DNA from: an uncultured Acidobacteriota bacterium
Lineage (GTDB): Bacteria; Acidobacteriota; Thermoanaerobaculia; Multivoradales; UBA5704
Direction: 5' to 3'
NCBI GenBank assembly: GCA_963700145.1
Contig: OY969474.1
Coordinates: forward strand, 3,936,001 to 4,000,000
Length of the DNA: 64,000 nucleotides
Position numbers and translations under genes: made by a program. Under the pieces are notes generated by a model. It was given only the letters and a program-made list of their open reading frames with translations, did no database searches and was not told where the DNA came from. Positions 8,301 to 17,753 of the stretch are shown here, piece by piece (within the stretch, counting starts at the first letter, position 1; the number at the start of each line of letters is the position of its first letter).

Positions 8301-8578
8301 CGCCGCGCGCCGGCCGATCGCCGCCGCTCGGCGGGCGTCGCGGAGCGTCGCACCCTCAATCCCTAGGACGAGACCCAACCGCCGCGGAGACCGGCTGCCC
8401 GGGGGAGTCAGGTCCAAGGTGACGGGCGACGACGACTTCTGACGCCCAGAGCATGATGTCCAGATTCTGGACGGCGGTTGGTGGTGGCCGGCACCTTCTT
8501 TGCAGTTTCGCACCAACCGAGATTGGGGCGGCAGCCATCGCGGGGGTTTACCGCGCCGAATTCGCAGGAGGAATTCAC

Positions 8579-9514
8579 ATGGCTCGCACGTTCCCTTCGT
8601 TGCTCACGGCACTCGCACTGTTGTTCGGTTCGTCCGTCCTGTCTGCTGCCCAGCGTCCGCGAGATCGCATACCGCCAACGGCGCCAACCAACCTCGTCGT
8701 CACGGCGACGACGGAGCACAGCGTGTCGCTGGCATGGGACCCCTCAACGGACAACTCGGGCCGTTTCAGCTACATCATCCGCGGCGGGGAGAGCACCGTG
8801 ACCGTCGGTCAGGAGACGACGAGTCACACTCTGGAGGACCTGCAATCCGGCAAAACGTACACCTTCCACGTCTATGCCAAGGATGCTGCCGGTAACCTCT
8901 CCGACCCCAGCAACCCTGTGACGGTCACGTTGCCCGGGGAGCTCGGCGCGCCGACGAAGCCTGTCGTAGCAATGTCGGCTGCCGGCCCGACGCACGCCGC
9001 GCTGAACTGGTCGTCCACCGACGACGGTCCGTTCATCTGGTACACCATCTACATCGACGGGGAGCCCGTCTCCACGCTGAACTCGAGGTCGGACACGTTT
9101 ACCTGCGCCGAAGTTCTGGTGCCCACGGGTTGTATTCCGCTGGATCAAGAGAGGACATACACCTTCACCGTCGATGCTCGGGACGTCGACGGGAACTTTT
9201 CGCCGCCCAGTGATCCCGTTTTCGTAACGACCGACCCCGCCCCCAACGACCACACACCGCCGGACCAGCCGATGAACCTCGCGACGGATTTCAATGGGCA
9301 CATCGTCGTGACATGGGACCCCTCGACCGACGATGTCGCCCCGCAGGAGTTCATCCGCTACGACGTTTACGTCAACGGTGAGCTGCGCGCGGTCGTGGTC
9401 GGCAGGACGACGGCGGAAGTCGAGGGCGAGATCGGTGTCAACGAAATCGCGGTCATCGCCGTGGATACCGCAGACAACGAGTCGGTCCCCGGCACGACCA
9501 CGAGGGACCTCTAA
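8579..9514 (+). CDS. Secreted fibronectin type III repeat protein (3 Fn3)
   Basis: AGGAGG RBS; signal peptide; PPTAPTNL...VSLAWDPSTDN...YTFHVYAKDAAGNLS-type repeats. Confidence 0.85.
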   Translation: MARTFPSLLTALALLFGSSVLSAAQRPRDRIPPTAPTNLVVTATTEHSVSLAWDPSTDNSGRFSYIIRGGESTVTVGQETTSHTLEDLQSGKTYTFHVYAKDAAGNLSDPSNPVTVTLPGELGAPTKPVVAMSAAGPTHAALNWSSTDDGPFIWYTIYIDGEPVSTLNSRSDTFTCAEVLVPTGCIPLDQERTYTFTVDARDVDGNFSPPSDPVFVTTDPAPNDHTPPDQPMNLATDFNGHIVVTWDPSTDDVAPQEFIRYDVYVNGELRAVVVGRTTAEVEGEIGVNEIAVIAVDTADNESVPGTTTRDL

Positions 9515-9582
9515 GTCCCGGGCGGCTCTTCTCCAGGCTCCCGTGAGGCGCTAGCGTGTGGCCTACGGGAGGTCACACCGCC

Positions 9583-11676
9583 ATGCGCAGGATCGCCGGC
9601 TCCACCCGTCTGTTCGCCGTTGGCCTGATCTGCGTCGCTCCGGCGGTCTTCGCGAATCCCGCCATGCGCTTGCCTCGCCCGCCCATCAACTGGCCGGAGA
9701 TCACCTCCGACTGGGTGTGGGTGACGACGGCCAAGCAGTTGGAGGACGCGCTCCAACAGGGCCTCGACGGGACCCTCAAGGGCCCCATCATCGTCGCTAA
9801 GAACATCGAGTTGACCGGAAAACGCCGCCTCACGCTGTCATCCGGCGTCCAACTCATCGGCTGGAGCGGCCTCGGGCGGCGGCCCATCCTCTGGACCAGG
9901 ACCGCGTCCTTCAAGGACCCGGTGACGGAGAAGGACCTGGGCTACAGCCTCTTCGAGGTCTGGGGCAATGGCGTGCGCGTCGGGGGCATCCACTTCTGGG
10001 GACCGGCCCAAACCGACATCAACCGTAGCAGCAGCCAGGCCCCGGTTTCAGCGATCACGGTCTTCCAGCACAAGGCGCAGGAGCCGGTGCCGGACGAGTC
10101 AGGCATCCCCCGTGTGACCGGGCAGTCGAGCGGCCTCTCAGTCGTCATCGCCGACTGCGAGTTCAACGAATGGACCGATAGCGGCGTGCAGGTGATCAGC
10201 GACCCGACCCAACAGCCACGTCGTCACGTGAAGTCACCCGAGGAGTGGAACCCGGATTGGCCCCTCCCCACCGAGGAGGAGAAGACGCGCGTCGAGCGCA
10301 ACTACTTCCACCACATCGCCACGGAGGGACACGGCTACGGCGTGAGCGTGAACGGCGGCACCTACGCCGTCATCGAAGGCAACGTCTTCGACTTCAACCG
10401 CCACGCCGTGACCTCCGACGGCTACGCCAAGTGCGGCTACACCGCCCGCTTCAACTACGTGCTCCAGGGCGGCTACAGGGAGGGCGGCGTGGATACGCAC
10501 GTCGTGGGCACAGTGGGCAGCTACTACAACCAGCACTTCGACGTGCACGGCAGCGCCGGCGGCAACGGCGGCTGGGCGGGCGAGAAATTCGAGATCGCCT
10601 TCAACACCATCCGCGGCGACCAGTCGTACCACGCCGGCTTCTCGACCCGGCCCGCGCTGTCGCTGCGCGGCACGCCGGAGACGAGCCTCCACTTCAGCAA
10701 CAACGTGCTCGTCCACGACAGCCATGACGACGCGCTCTCGTTCAAAGGCGGCGTACCTGGTCGCTTCGTGCTTGTGGAACTAATCGGCACCGGGCAGTAC
10801 GTTTCCAGCGGCAACCGGTACCGCACCGATTACAGCACCGAGCTGGCCACCGGCGACTTCGACGGCAACCGCCTCACCGACGTCTTCGTCGCCACCGGCA
10901 CCGCCTGGTTCTTCTCGCGCGGCGGGCAGCAGCCCTGGGAATACCTCCAGGCGTCCCGCTTCCGCACCCGCGACCTGGGCTTCGCCGACGTCGACAACGA
11001 CGGCGTCACCGACGTGCTCTGGCGGCTTGCCGGCGGCGCGATCGAGTACTCGAAGAGCGGCACCGGCTATCCGGCGCCTCTCACCTTCGTGCCCGTGTCG
11101 ATGGCGGAGGTGCGCTTCGGAGACTTCAACGGCGACCTCAAGACCGACCTCTTCTACACCCTAGCCGGCCAGTGGAACGTCTGGTACGGCCCCGCCGGTC
11201 CTTGGACGCCCACGCTCCGCGCGGACCGTCCCGTCACCGAGCTGCTCTTCGGCGAGTTCGACGACGTGCGCGGCATGGACCTCGCCGCCGCGTTGCTCAA
11301 CGAATGGGTCGTCTCGAGCGGAGCGGTCGTGGCGTTTGCGCATCTGAACGACCGGCTCACGACCTCCTTCGCGAACGCGGTGGCGGCCGACTTCGACGGC
11401 AACGGCAGGAGCGACATCGCCTGGAGCGACGGCCAGAGGTGGGTCTACAGCCGCGAGGGCCGCGACCCCCTGGTCACCTTCCGGCAGGACGACGGACTCG
11501 ACTACCCGCCCTTGAAGTCGCTGCTCATCGGCCAGTTCGGCGGCGACGCCGGCGCCGAGGTCGTCACCTTCAACCGCTACCGCTTCTTCACCGAGACCGG
11601 CGTGCGCCTGGTGATCTGGCGGGGCCTCGGCAGCGGCGACGCCTTCAGCAACCTCTCCGACCAGAACATGCGCTGA
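9583..11676 (+). CDS. Secreted right-handed beta-helix protein with C-terminal FG-GAP/VCBS repeats
   Basis: GGAGGT RBS; signal peptide; VERNYFHH, IEGNVFDFNRHAV; repeats GDFDGNRLTD, ADVDNDGVTD, GDFNGDLKTD, ADFDGNGRSD. Confidence 0.8.
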   Translation: MRRIAGSTRLFAVGLICVAPAVFANPAMRLPRPPINWPEITSDWVWVTTAKQLEDALQQGLDGTLKGPIIVAKNIELTGKRRLTLSSGVQLIGWSGLGRRPILWTRTASFKDPVTEKDLGYSLFEVWGNGVRVGGIHFWGPAQTDINRSSSQAPVSAITVFQHKAQEPVPDESGIPRVTGQSSGLSVVIADCEFNEWTDSGVQVISDPTQQPRRHVKSPEEWNPDWPLPTEEEKTRVERNYFHHIATEGHGYGVSVNGGTYAVIEGNVFDFNRHAVTSDGYAKCGYTARFNYVLQGGYREGGVDTHVVGTVGSYYNQHFDVHGSAGGNGGWAGEKFEIAFNTIRGDQSYHAGFSTRPALSLRGTPETSLHFSNNVLVHDSHDDALSFKGGVPGRFVLVELIGTGQYVSSGNRYRTDYSTELATGDFDGNRLTDVFVATGTAWFFSRGGQQPWEYLQASRFRTRDLGFADVDNDGVTDVLWRLAGGAIEYSKSGTGYPAPLTFVPVSMAEVRFGDFNGDLKTDLFYTLAGQWNVWYGPAGPWTPTLRADRPVTELLFGEFDDVRGMDLAAALLNEWVVSSGAVVAFAHLNDRLTTSFANAVAADFDGNGRSDIAWSDGQRWVYSREGRDPLVTFRQDDGLDYPPLKSLLIGQFGGDAGAEVVTFNRYRFFTETGVRLVIWRGLGSGDAFSNLSDQNMR

Positions 11677-11730
11677 CCCGCCAACCGACTGCTGCTAGGG
11701 TCGCCTGCGCCAAGGCAGGAGAGCTTGCCC

Positions 11731-12486
11731 ATGACCCATCGCCGGATTGCGTTCCCGTCGCACGCTCTGTTGGCAGTAGCGCTGGCGCTGGCGCCTGCGG
11801 TCACGGCACGAGCGGAGGAGCCCGTGGACTCGCTCCTCCGCCGCCAGACCCAGGAGCTCATGGATGCCGTCGCTCCCGGTGAGATCGACGTCTGGCAGCG
11901 GTATCTCCTCGACGACGTCGTCTACCTCGACGAGGACGGCGTCGTGCACGACAAGGCGTCGCTGCTCCGCGAGTTGAAGCCCCTGCCGCCGGGCCTGGTC
12001 GGGCGCATCGAGGTCGATCGCTTCGCGCTGACCCGGCACGGCGAGATCGCCGTCGTGGCGGCGGAGATCCAGGAGTACCTCGATTACCATGGCCAGCCGC
12101 TGCGCACCCGCTTCCGCTTCCTCGACACCTGGCTCCGCACGCCCGACGGCTGGCGCCTCGCCGCCCGCCACACCGCGGCCGTCCTCAAAGACCCGCCCGC
12201 GATCGTGCTGTCTCGCGAGGAGCTCTGCGCCCACGCGGGCATCTACCGGCTCACCCCGGAGATCGTCACGACCGTGAGATGCGACGCCAACGGCTTGGTC
12301 GCCGAGCGTACCGGGCGCCCGCCGGAGACCCTCCTCGCGGAGGCGCGCGACGTCTTCTTCGTCGCGGGCAAGCCGCGCAGCCGGCGCATCTTCCTTCGCG
12401 ACGACGGCAACGTCGCCGCGTTCGTCGACCGCCGTGAAGGCGAAGACGTCCGCTGGACGAGGGTGCCGGATGCGCCGGCACCCTGA
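11731..12486 (+). CDS. Secreted NTF2-like DUF4440 domain protein with C-terminal beta domain
   Basis: Signal peptide; WQRYLLDDVVYLDEDG...RFLDTWLRTPDGWRLAARH. Confidence 0.75.
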   Translation: MTHRRIAFPSHALLAVALALAPAVTARAEEPVDSLLRRQTQELMDAVAPGEIDVWQRYLLDDVVYLDEDGVVHDKASLLRELKPLPPGLVGRIEVDRFALTRHGEIAVVAAEIQEYLDYHGQPLRTRFRFLDTWLRTPDGWRLAARHTAAVLKDPPAIVLSREELCAHAGIYRLTPEIVTTVRCDANGLVAERTGRPPETLLAEARDVFFVAGKPRSRRIFLRDDGNVAAFVDRREGEDVRWTRVPDAPAP

Positions 12487-12569
12487 AGCGAAGACCGCGG
12501 CGGCGGAAGACCTCTCCACGTCCTCCTCAGAGGTCGCCGGAAGGCTTCCGGGCGCCTCCCCGGGGCCTG

Positions 12570-12779
12570 CGGATGTATCCGGAAGGCGGGCGGATCTATC
12601 CGGAAGAGCCGCGGATCTATCCGGCGCGCCTGGGGATATATCCGGCGCGCCTGCGGATGCATCCGGAAGCGCTGCGGATGTATCCGGAACGCCCGCGGAT
12701 ATATCCGGAAGCGCCGCGGATGGATCCAGAGGGGCCGCGGATGGATCCGGAGGCGCCCCGGATACATCCGGACGTCTCG
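12570..12779. repeat. 21-bp-period palindromic array B (10 units)
   Basis: CGGAT-NN-ATCCG core + 9 variable nt, exactly every 21 bp from 12570 to 12759. Confidence 0.9.
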
Positions 12780-12806
12780 CTCCCTTATCCCCAGCCGTTC
12801 CGACCG

Positions 12807-14171
12807 GGATGTGTCCCGATTCTTGTGGAGATTCGGCGTAACCCCCTGACTGTCGGGTTGACGTTAGCTCCTCACGCGGCCTGCGTCCAAATCGTGGCGA
12901 GGAAACGTTGCAGGTCTTGGTGGCCATTGACGCTGCGTAGGCGGATCTGGCCGCAGGCCACCAGTGCCCAGAGCAGGGTCAAGGCCGCCTCTTCGGTGGC
13001 GAAGCTGGCCTGGGTCTTGGTGCGGCGTCGAAACTCGCGATGGAGGTTTTCCAGCGCGTTGGTCGAGCGTAGGGTCCTCCACAGCGAGCGGGGAAACTCG
13101 TAGAAGGTCAACAGCTCCTCTCCGGCCTCCTCGAGCGAGCGGGCGACAGCCGGACACAGGCGAGACCACTTGGCGAGGAAGGCCGCGTAGGCCTGATGGG
13201 CCGCCCCACCGTCGCGGGCCTCGACGATCGGGCGCCAGTCGCGCCGGAGCTCGCCGCGAGCATGGCGCGGGCAGTGCTCCAGCAGGTTTCGGAGCTTGTG
13301 CTGGGTGCAACGCTGCACGCGCACCCCCGGCCACGCCGCCAGCGCCTTGCGCAAGCCAGCGTGGCCGTCGACGATGAGCAACTCGGGCGCCGCCAAGCCC
13401 CGCCGCTGCAGATCCTCGAGCAGCTCGCCCCACAGCCGCGCCGCCTCGCTCGTGGCCAACCGTAACGCCACCAGGACCTTGCCGCCATCGGGGCGCACGC
13501 CCAGAGCGGCCAGCACCGGCACCGCCACCACCCGCCGGGCCAGCCGCACCTTGACGTGGAACCCGTCGAGAAACAGCAGCGCGTAACGCTCGCCCGCACA
13601 ATCGCGCTCCCGCCAGGCCGCAAACCGCTCTTTGAGCCGCCCCACCACGCGCGAGGCCGCGCTCTTGGACAGGTGCTCTTCTCCCAGCAGCGGCGCCAGC
13701 GCCTTGCCGATCCGTCGGCTATTGGCCCCCGCCAGATAGCACGACAGGATCGCCGCGTCGATCTCCCGCACCCGCCGCGCGTAGCGCGGCACCAACGCGC
13801 TGGCGAACTCTTCCGTCGTGCCCTCCACTGTGGCCACCCGACCGCGCGGCACCCGCAGCGGCCGGGTCCCCGCCACCGTCGTCACCCGCCGTAGCGTGGC
13901 TCCGTTGCGGTAGCCGCGGCGCACCGCCGTCCGCTCGTAGGGCTGCGCACCCAGCGCCTCCTGAAGCTCCTGCTCTAGCACCAGCTCCACGGCCTCCAGA
14001 AGCCTCTGCTCGAGCAGCCGCCGGATGTCCTGGCGCAGCGGCACCACCTCCTGCTCTGACGTGCTAGCCTCCCACATGGCGTAACCCTCCTCCGCCGCCC
14101 ACGCGACGGGATGTGCTTGACAGCTAGGAGGTTACGCCACTTTCTTTTTCCACAAGAATCGGGACGGATCC
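12807..14171 (-). mobile_element. IS256-family insertion sequence (1365 bp)
   Basis: Terminal IRs GGATGTGTCCCGATTCTTGTGGA / GGATCCGTCCCGATTCTTGTGGA; 8-bp target duplication TCCGACCG at 12799-12806 and 14172-14179. Confidence 0.93.
12872..14077 (-). CDS. IS256-family (Mutator-type) DDE transposase
   Basis: GYRNG, LRVPRGR, LFLDGF, IVDGHAGL, VQRCTQHKLRN, RSTNALENLHREFRRRTK. Confidence 0.95.
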   Translation of the reverse strand: MWEASTSEQEVVPLRQDIRRLLEQRLLEAVELVLEQELQEALGAQPYERTAVRRGYRNGATLRRVTTVAGTRPLRVPRGRVATVEGTTEEFASALVPRYARRVREIDAAILSCYLAGANSRRIGKALAPLLGEEHLSKSAASRVVGRLKERFAAWRERDCAGERYALLFLDGFHVKVRLARRVVAVPVLAALGVRPDGGKVLVALRLATSEAARLWGELLEDLQRRGLAAPELLIVDGHAGLRKALAAWPGVRVQRCTQHKLRNLLEHCPRHARGELRRDWRPIVEARDGGAAHQAYAAFLAKWSRLCPAVARSLEEAGEELLTFYEFPRSLWRTLRSTNALENLHREFRRRTKTQASFATEEAALTLLWALVACGQIRLRSVNGHQDLQRFLATIWTQAA

Positions 14172-14271
14172 TCCGACCGCATCTCCCGCCTCTGCGGGAA
14201 CCTCCCGGAGCCCCGCTCCGCCAACCCGCCAACCCAGGGAGACAACCGCGGCCTTTGGAGCGATTCCCTGA

Positions 14272-14712
14272 CTAGGTCGCCGAGGAGGCGGTGAATGGGT
14301 TCTCGACAGTGATCCCTTCGTAGCTGCGCCCGTCGGTCAGATCCTCCGAGATCAAGCGGGTGCAGCCGGCCCGCCGCGCGGCTTCCAGGATCGTCGCGTC
14401 CCACGCGGAGATCTGGGCCCGGTGAGAGAGGCCGACGGCGTCCAGCACGAGGTCCGGCGTGACCTCGACGACGTGCCACACCGTGAGCACCCGCAGGTAC
14501 TCCAAGGCACGCGCATGCTCCAGCCGGGCCGCGACTTTGCGCGTTACGGTGACGTAGAGCTCGAGGAGGACCTGCGAGCTGATCGCATAGCAGCCTTCCG
14601 CGAACCCGCGCTCCAGAATCTCCCGGGCGATCTGGTGCTTCCGCGGGTCATCGCCTGTGACCGCATAGACGAGGACGTTGGTATCGAGGAAAGCGGTCGG
14701 CTCACCGCTCAT
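14272..14712 (-). CDS. PIN-domain (VapC-like) toxin
   Basis: FLDTNVLVYA, SQVLLELY, WDATI, LISEDL. Confidence 0.9.
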   Translation of the reverse strand: MSGEPTAFLDTNVLVYAVTGDDPRKHQIAREILERGFAEGCYAISSQVLLELYVTVTRKVAARLEHARALEYLRVLTVWHVVEVTPDLVLDAVGLSHRAQISAWDATILEAARRAGCTRLISEDLTDGRSYEGITVENPFTASSAT

Positions 14713-14941
14713 GGAGCTCGTCGCGCGAGGGCAGAGGTCGTCCGCCGAGCCTCACCGGGGCTTCGTCGATGAGGGGGCGGATCGACTCCCACGCGGCGAG
14801 GCGGCGCTGCTCGTCGTCGGTCAGGCGCTCGAGGAGCTGCCGAACCAGCTCATTGACCGTCGTGTGTCTCCTCGCGGCGACGCTCCGCGCCTGCTGCAGC
14901 AGCTCTTCTTCGACGACGAGAGTGAGGTTGCGGCGAGCCAT
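14702..14941 (-). CDS. Ribbon-helix-helix antitoxin (VapB-like)
   Basis: RNLTLVVEEELLQQAR...TTVNELVRQLL...SRDELHER; overlaps the toxin start. Confidence 0.85.
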   Translation of the reverse strand: MARRNLTLVVEEELLQQARSVAARRHTTVNELVRQLLERLTDDEQRRLAAWESIRPLIDEAPVRLGGRPLPSRDELHER

Positions 14942-15040
14942 GGGGCGACCATAGCACGGATCCCGTGCAATGGCGCAGGGCGGGGGATACGGCGGGGGAC
15001 AGGCAAGCTGCCCCCCACACGGAACGTAAGGCTCGGCGAC

Positions 15041-16432
15041 TTAGATCAGCGACCGCCGCCGCACGCCCCGCGACGGGAGGCGCTTGCGGCCCATGGAGCC
15101 GATGGAGCGCTGGGGGGCGGCGGGGTCGGCGGTGGGGCCGGAGTGCTCGCCGCGCGGGCGGGGCTGGTGGTGCGGCTGGTGGGCCGCGGGCTGGGGCCGG
15201 AGCTTGCGCTCCGCCTTCTCGCGGGCCCGTGCCCGCTCGCCGGCGCGCTGGGCGCGGATGGCGGCGATGCGCTGCTCGACCGGGATCTCCAGCCGCTCGG
15301 CGGGCCGCTTCTCGTAGTCGAAGCCTTGCAGCGTCAGCCGCGGCAGCTTCGATCCGACCGCTCGCTCGATGGCGTGCAGGTCGCGCAGCTCGTGGTCGGC
15401 GACCAGGGTGATGGCGTCGCCGGTGGCGTCGGCGCGGGCCGTCCGCCCGACGCGGTGGATGTAGTCGTCGGGCACCGCCGGCACGTCGAAGTTGACGACG
15501 TGGGAGAGCTCGAAGACGTCGATGCCGCGGGCGGCGATGTCGGTCGCCACCAGCACCTGCGTCCGCCCCGCCTTGAAGCGGGCGAGCGCCTGCGTGCGCT
15601 GCGCCTGGCTGCGGTTGCCGTGGATGCGGTCGCAGGAGACGCCCTGGCGCTCGAGGAAGTCGGCCAGGCGGTTGGCGCGGTGCTTGGTGCGGGTGAAGAC
15701 CAGGGCGCTGTCGATGCTGCCGCCGCGCAGCAGCTCGAGCAGCAGGTGCGACTTGAGATCCTCGCGCACCGGGTAGGTGGCCTGCGCGACGCCGGTCGCC
15801 GGCGCCGACTTGCGCTCGACGTTGATCCTCACCGGGTCGACGAGGATGTCGCGCGACAGCGCCGCGATGGGCGCCGGCATGGTGGCCGAGAAGAGCAGGT
15901 TCTGGCGCCGCTTCGGCACCCGCGCGAGGATGCGGCGGATGTCGGGCAGAAAGCCCATGTCGAGCATCCGGTCGGCCTCGTCGATGACCAGCACTTCGAC
16001 GGCGTCGAGCTTGGCGTAGGGGTACTGCAGGTGGTCGAGGAGCCGCCCGGGGGTGGCGACGAGCACGTCGACGCCGGCGCGGAAGGCCTTCTCCTGCGGC
16101 CCCATGGCGACGCCGCCGAAGATGGAGGCGCTCTTGATCGCCGTGTGCTTGGCCATCGCCCGGCAGTGCTCCTCGATCTGCGCCGCCAGCTCCCGGGTGG
16201 GGGAGACGACGAGGACGCGGGTCGTGCCGCGCGGCTTCTCGAGCAGGTTGTGGAGGATGGGGAGAATGAAGGCCGCGGTCTTGCCGCTGCCGGTCATCGC
16301 GCACCCGAGCACGTCGCGGCCGGCCTTGGCCGGCGGGATGGCGTCGCTCTGGATGGGGGTCGGGCGGGTGAAGCCCAGGTCCTGGACCCCGCGCATGAGG
16401 TCGGGGTGCAGGTCGAACGTCTTGAAATCCAT
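15041..16432 (-). CDS. DEAD-box RNA helicase (RhlE-like)
   Basis: Q motif, TGSGKT, PTRELA, TPGRL, DEAD, SAT, ARGID, HRVGRTAR. Confidence 0.95.
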   Translation of the reverse strand: MDFKTFDLHPDLMRGVQDLGFTRPTPIQSDAIPPAKAGRDVLGCAMTGSGKTAAFILPILHNLLEKPRGTTRVLVVSPTRELAAQIEEHCRAMAKHTAIKSASIFGGVAMGPQEKAFRAGVDVLVATPGRLLDHLQYPYAKLDAVEVLVIDEADRMLDMGFLPDIRRILARVPKRRQNLLFSATMPAPIAALSRDILVDPVRINVERKSAPATGVAQATYPVREDLKSHLLLELLRGGSIDSALVFTRTKHRANRLADFLERQGVSCDRIHGNRSQAQRTQALARFKAGRTQVLVATDIAARGIDVFELSHVVNFDVPAVPDDYIHRVGRTARADATGDAITLVADHELRDLHAIERAVGSKLPRLTLQGFDYEKRPAERLEIPVEQRIAAIRAQRAGERARAREKAERKLRPQPAAHQPHHQPRPRGEHSGPTADPAAPQRSIGSMGRKRLPSRGVRRRSLI

Positions 16433-16695
16433 GTCTTTTTGTCTAGTCCTTGACCGGGGCGCGCGGTGCTCCGGTGGAGGGAGCGCGCCCTACGTCGACT
16501 TCCGGCGGGTTAATTCGAGAAGGGGAGGGAACGGAGGGCTTGCCGGAAGGCCTTCGCTCGGGCTCGGACGGTTCTGAACGCGTCCGCAGCCCCGACTCGG
16601 TCGTCTGCGGCGCCGGCCCATGCCGGCGACCGCTGGAGAGTCGCACAGTTTCCAGGCTAAAGCAAATCCGGGATAAATCCAGTGGGACTCGCGGG

Positions 16696-17727
16696 TTACA
16701 ACCGATCGGGCGGTTCCGGCATTCCCGGCCGGCCGGCGATCTCCTCGGCGAGACCGAGGATCGAGAGCGGCGCGCAACCCTCGGCGTTGTTGGCGACGGT
16801 GACGTACACCTGTTGCCCGCGGGCCGCCGCCTCCAGCGCGACGTCGGCGACGGCGCGGCGGGCGGCGCGGTCGATCCGCGCCAGCTTGTCGAAGGGCATC
16901 CACTTCCGCCCCGCCTCCTCGTAGGTCATCCCCTCCTGCAGGAGCCAGCGGACGAGGACGGCCGGGGCCCGCCAGGCCTCGGCGAGGGCCGCCTGGGCGC
17001 GCACGTCGGGCATCCGCGGGTGGACGTTGGCGCAGTGGGCGGCGCCGGCGGCGGCCAGCGCCGCGGCGTAGTCGGGGGTCACCAGCTCGCGGTTGCGCAG
17101 CTCGACGGCGTAGAGCGGCCCGCGCGGCAGGGCGGTCAGGAAGCGCGCCAGCTGCTTGGCGAAGCGGGCGGGCGAGCCCATCTCCTGCGGCGCAAACTGG
17201 AAGAGGAGGGCGCCGCCCTTCTCGCCCAGCCCCTCGACGAACGGCGCCACCACCTGCTCGGCGGTGTAGGCCGGGTTGAGGAAGTTCGGGTTCGCGCCGC
17301 CGCGCTGGGCGCCGAAGCGCGGCAGGTCGGGCCAGCGGACGAGGGTGACGGCGTCGTGCGCCTTGACGACGAAGCGGAAGCCCTCGGGGACGGCGGCGGC
17401 GTAGGCGGCCAGCTCCTCGGCGGTGAGCGGCTGGTAGTGGGTGCGGTCGATGCCGACGGCGCGGAAGAGCGGGTGGCGGGCGTAGGCGGCGAGCCCTTCC
17501 TGCGCCAGCCGCGAGGCGGAGTAGCGGCGGTCGTAGACCAGGCCGCGCCAGCCGGGGAAGGCCCACGAGGAGCTGCCGAAGCGGAGCTGGGGCGGGAGCG
17601 CCACGGCGAGCTCGCGGGCGCGCGGGGTCGGAGGGGCGGCGCCGACCGGCGCCGGGCGCGGCGGAGCGGTGTCGCCGCCTTCGAAGAGGTCGAACTGGCC
17701 GGTCTCTTTCTTCGCCGCTCGCGTCAT
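16696..17727 (-). CDS. DUF72 (YecE-like) protein
   Basis: FGSSSWAFPGWRGLVY, FRFVVKA, LLFQFAP, AVELRN, VANNAEG. Confidence 0.9.
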   Translation of the reverse strand: MTRAAKKETGQFDLFEGGDTAPPRPAPVGAAPPTPRARELAVALPPQLRFGSSSWAFPGWRGLVYDRRYSASRLAQEGLAAYARHPLFRAVGIDRTHYQPLTAEELAAYAAAVPEGFRFVVKAHDAVTLVRWPDLPRFGAQRGGANPNFLNPAYTAEQVVAPFVEGLGEKGGALLFQFAPQEMGSPARFAKQLARFLTALPRGPLYAVELRNRELVTPDYAAALAAAGAAHCANVHPRMPDVRAQAALAEAWRAPAVLVRWLLQEGMTYEEAGRKWMPFDKLARIDRAARRAVADVALEAAARGQQVYVTVANNAEGCAPLSILGLAEEIAGRPGMPEPPDRL

Positions 17728-17753
17728 CGCTGAGGCATGATACGCGGCGCCCT

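Noticed and set aside
5332-12486. Complete RiPP biosynthetic cluster
   Set aside because: No lanthipeptide synthetase, YcaO, radical SAM, ATP-grasp, RRE or peptide exporter is recognisable in the window.
12570-12779. 21-bp arrays (also 8015-8300 and 31090-31400) as CRISPR or TIGR arrays
   Set aside because: The 21-bp unit with 9-nt GC-rich, mutually similar linkers fits neither architecture, and no Cas or Nop-domain gene is seen nearby.
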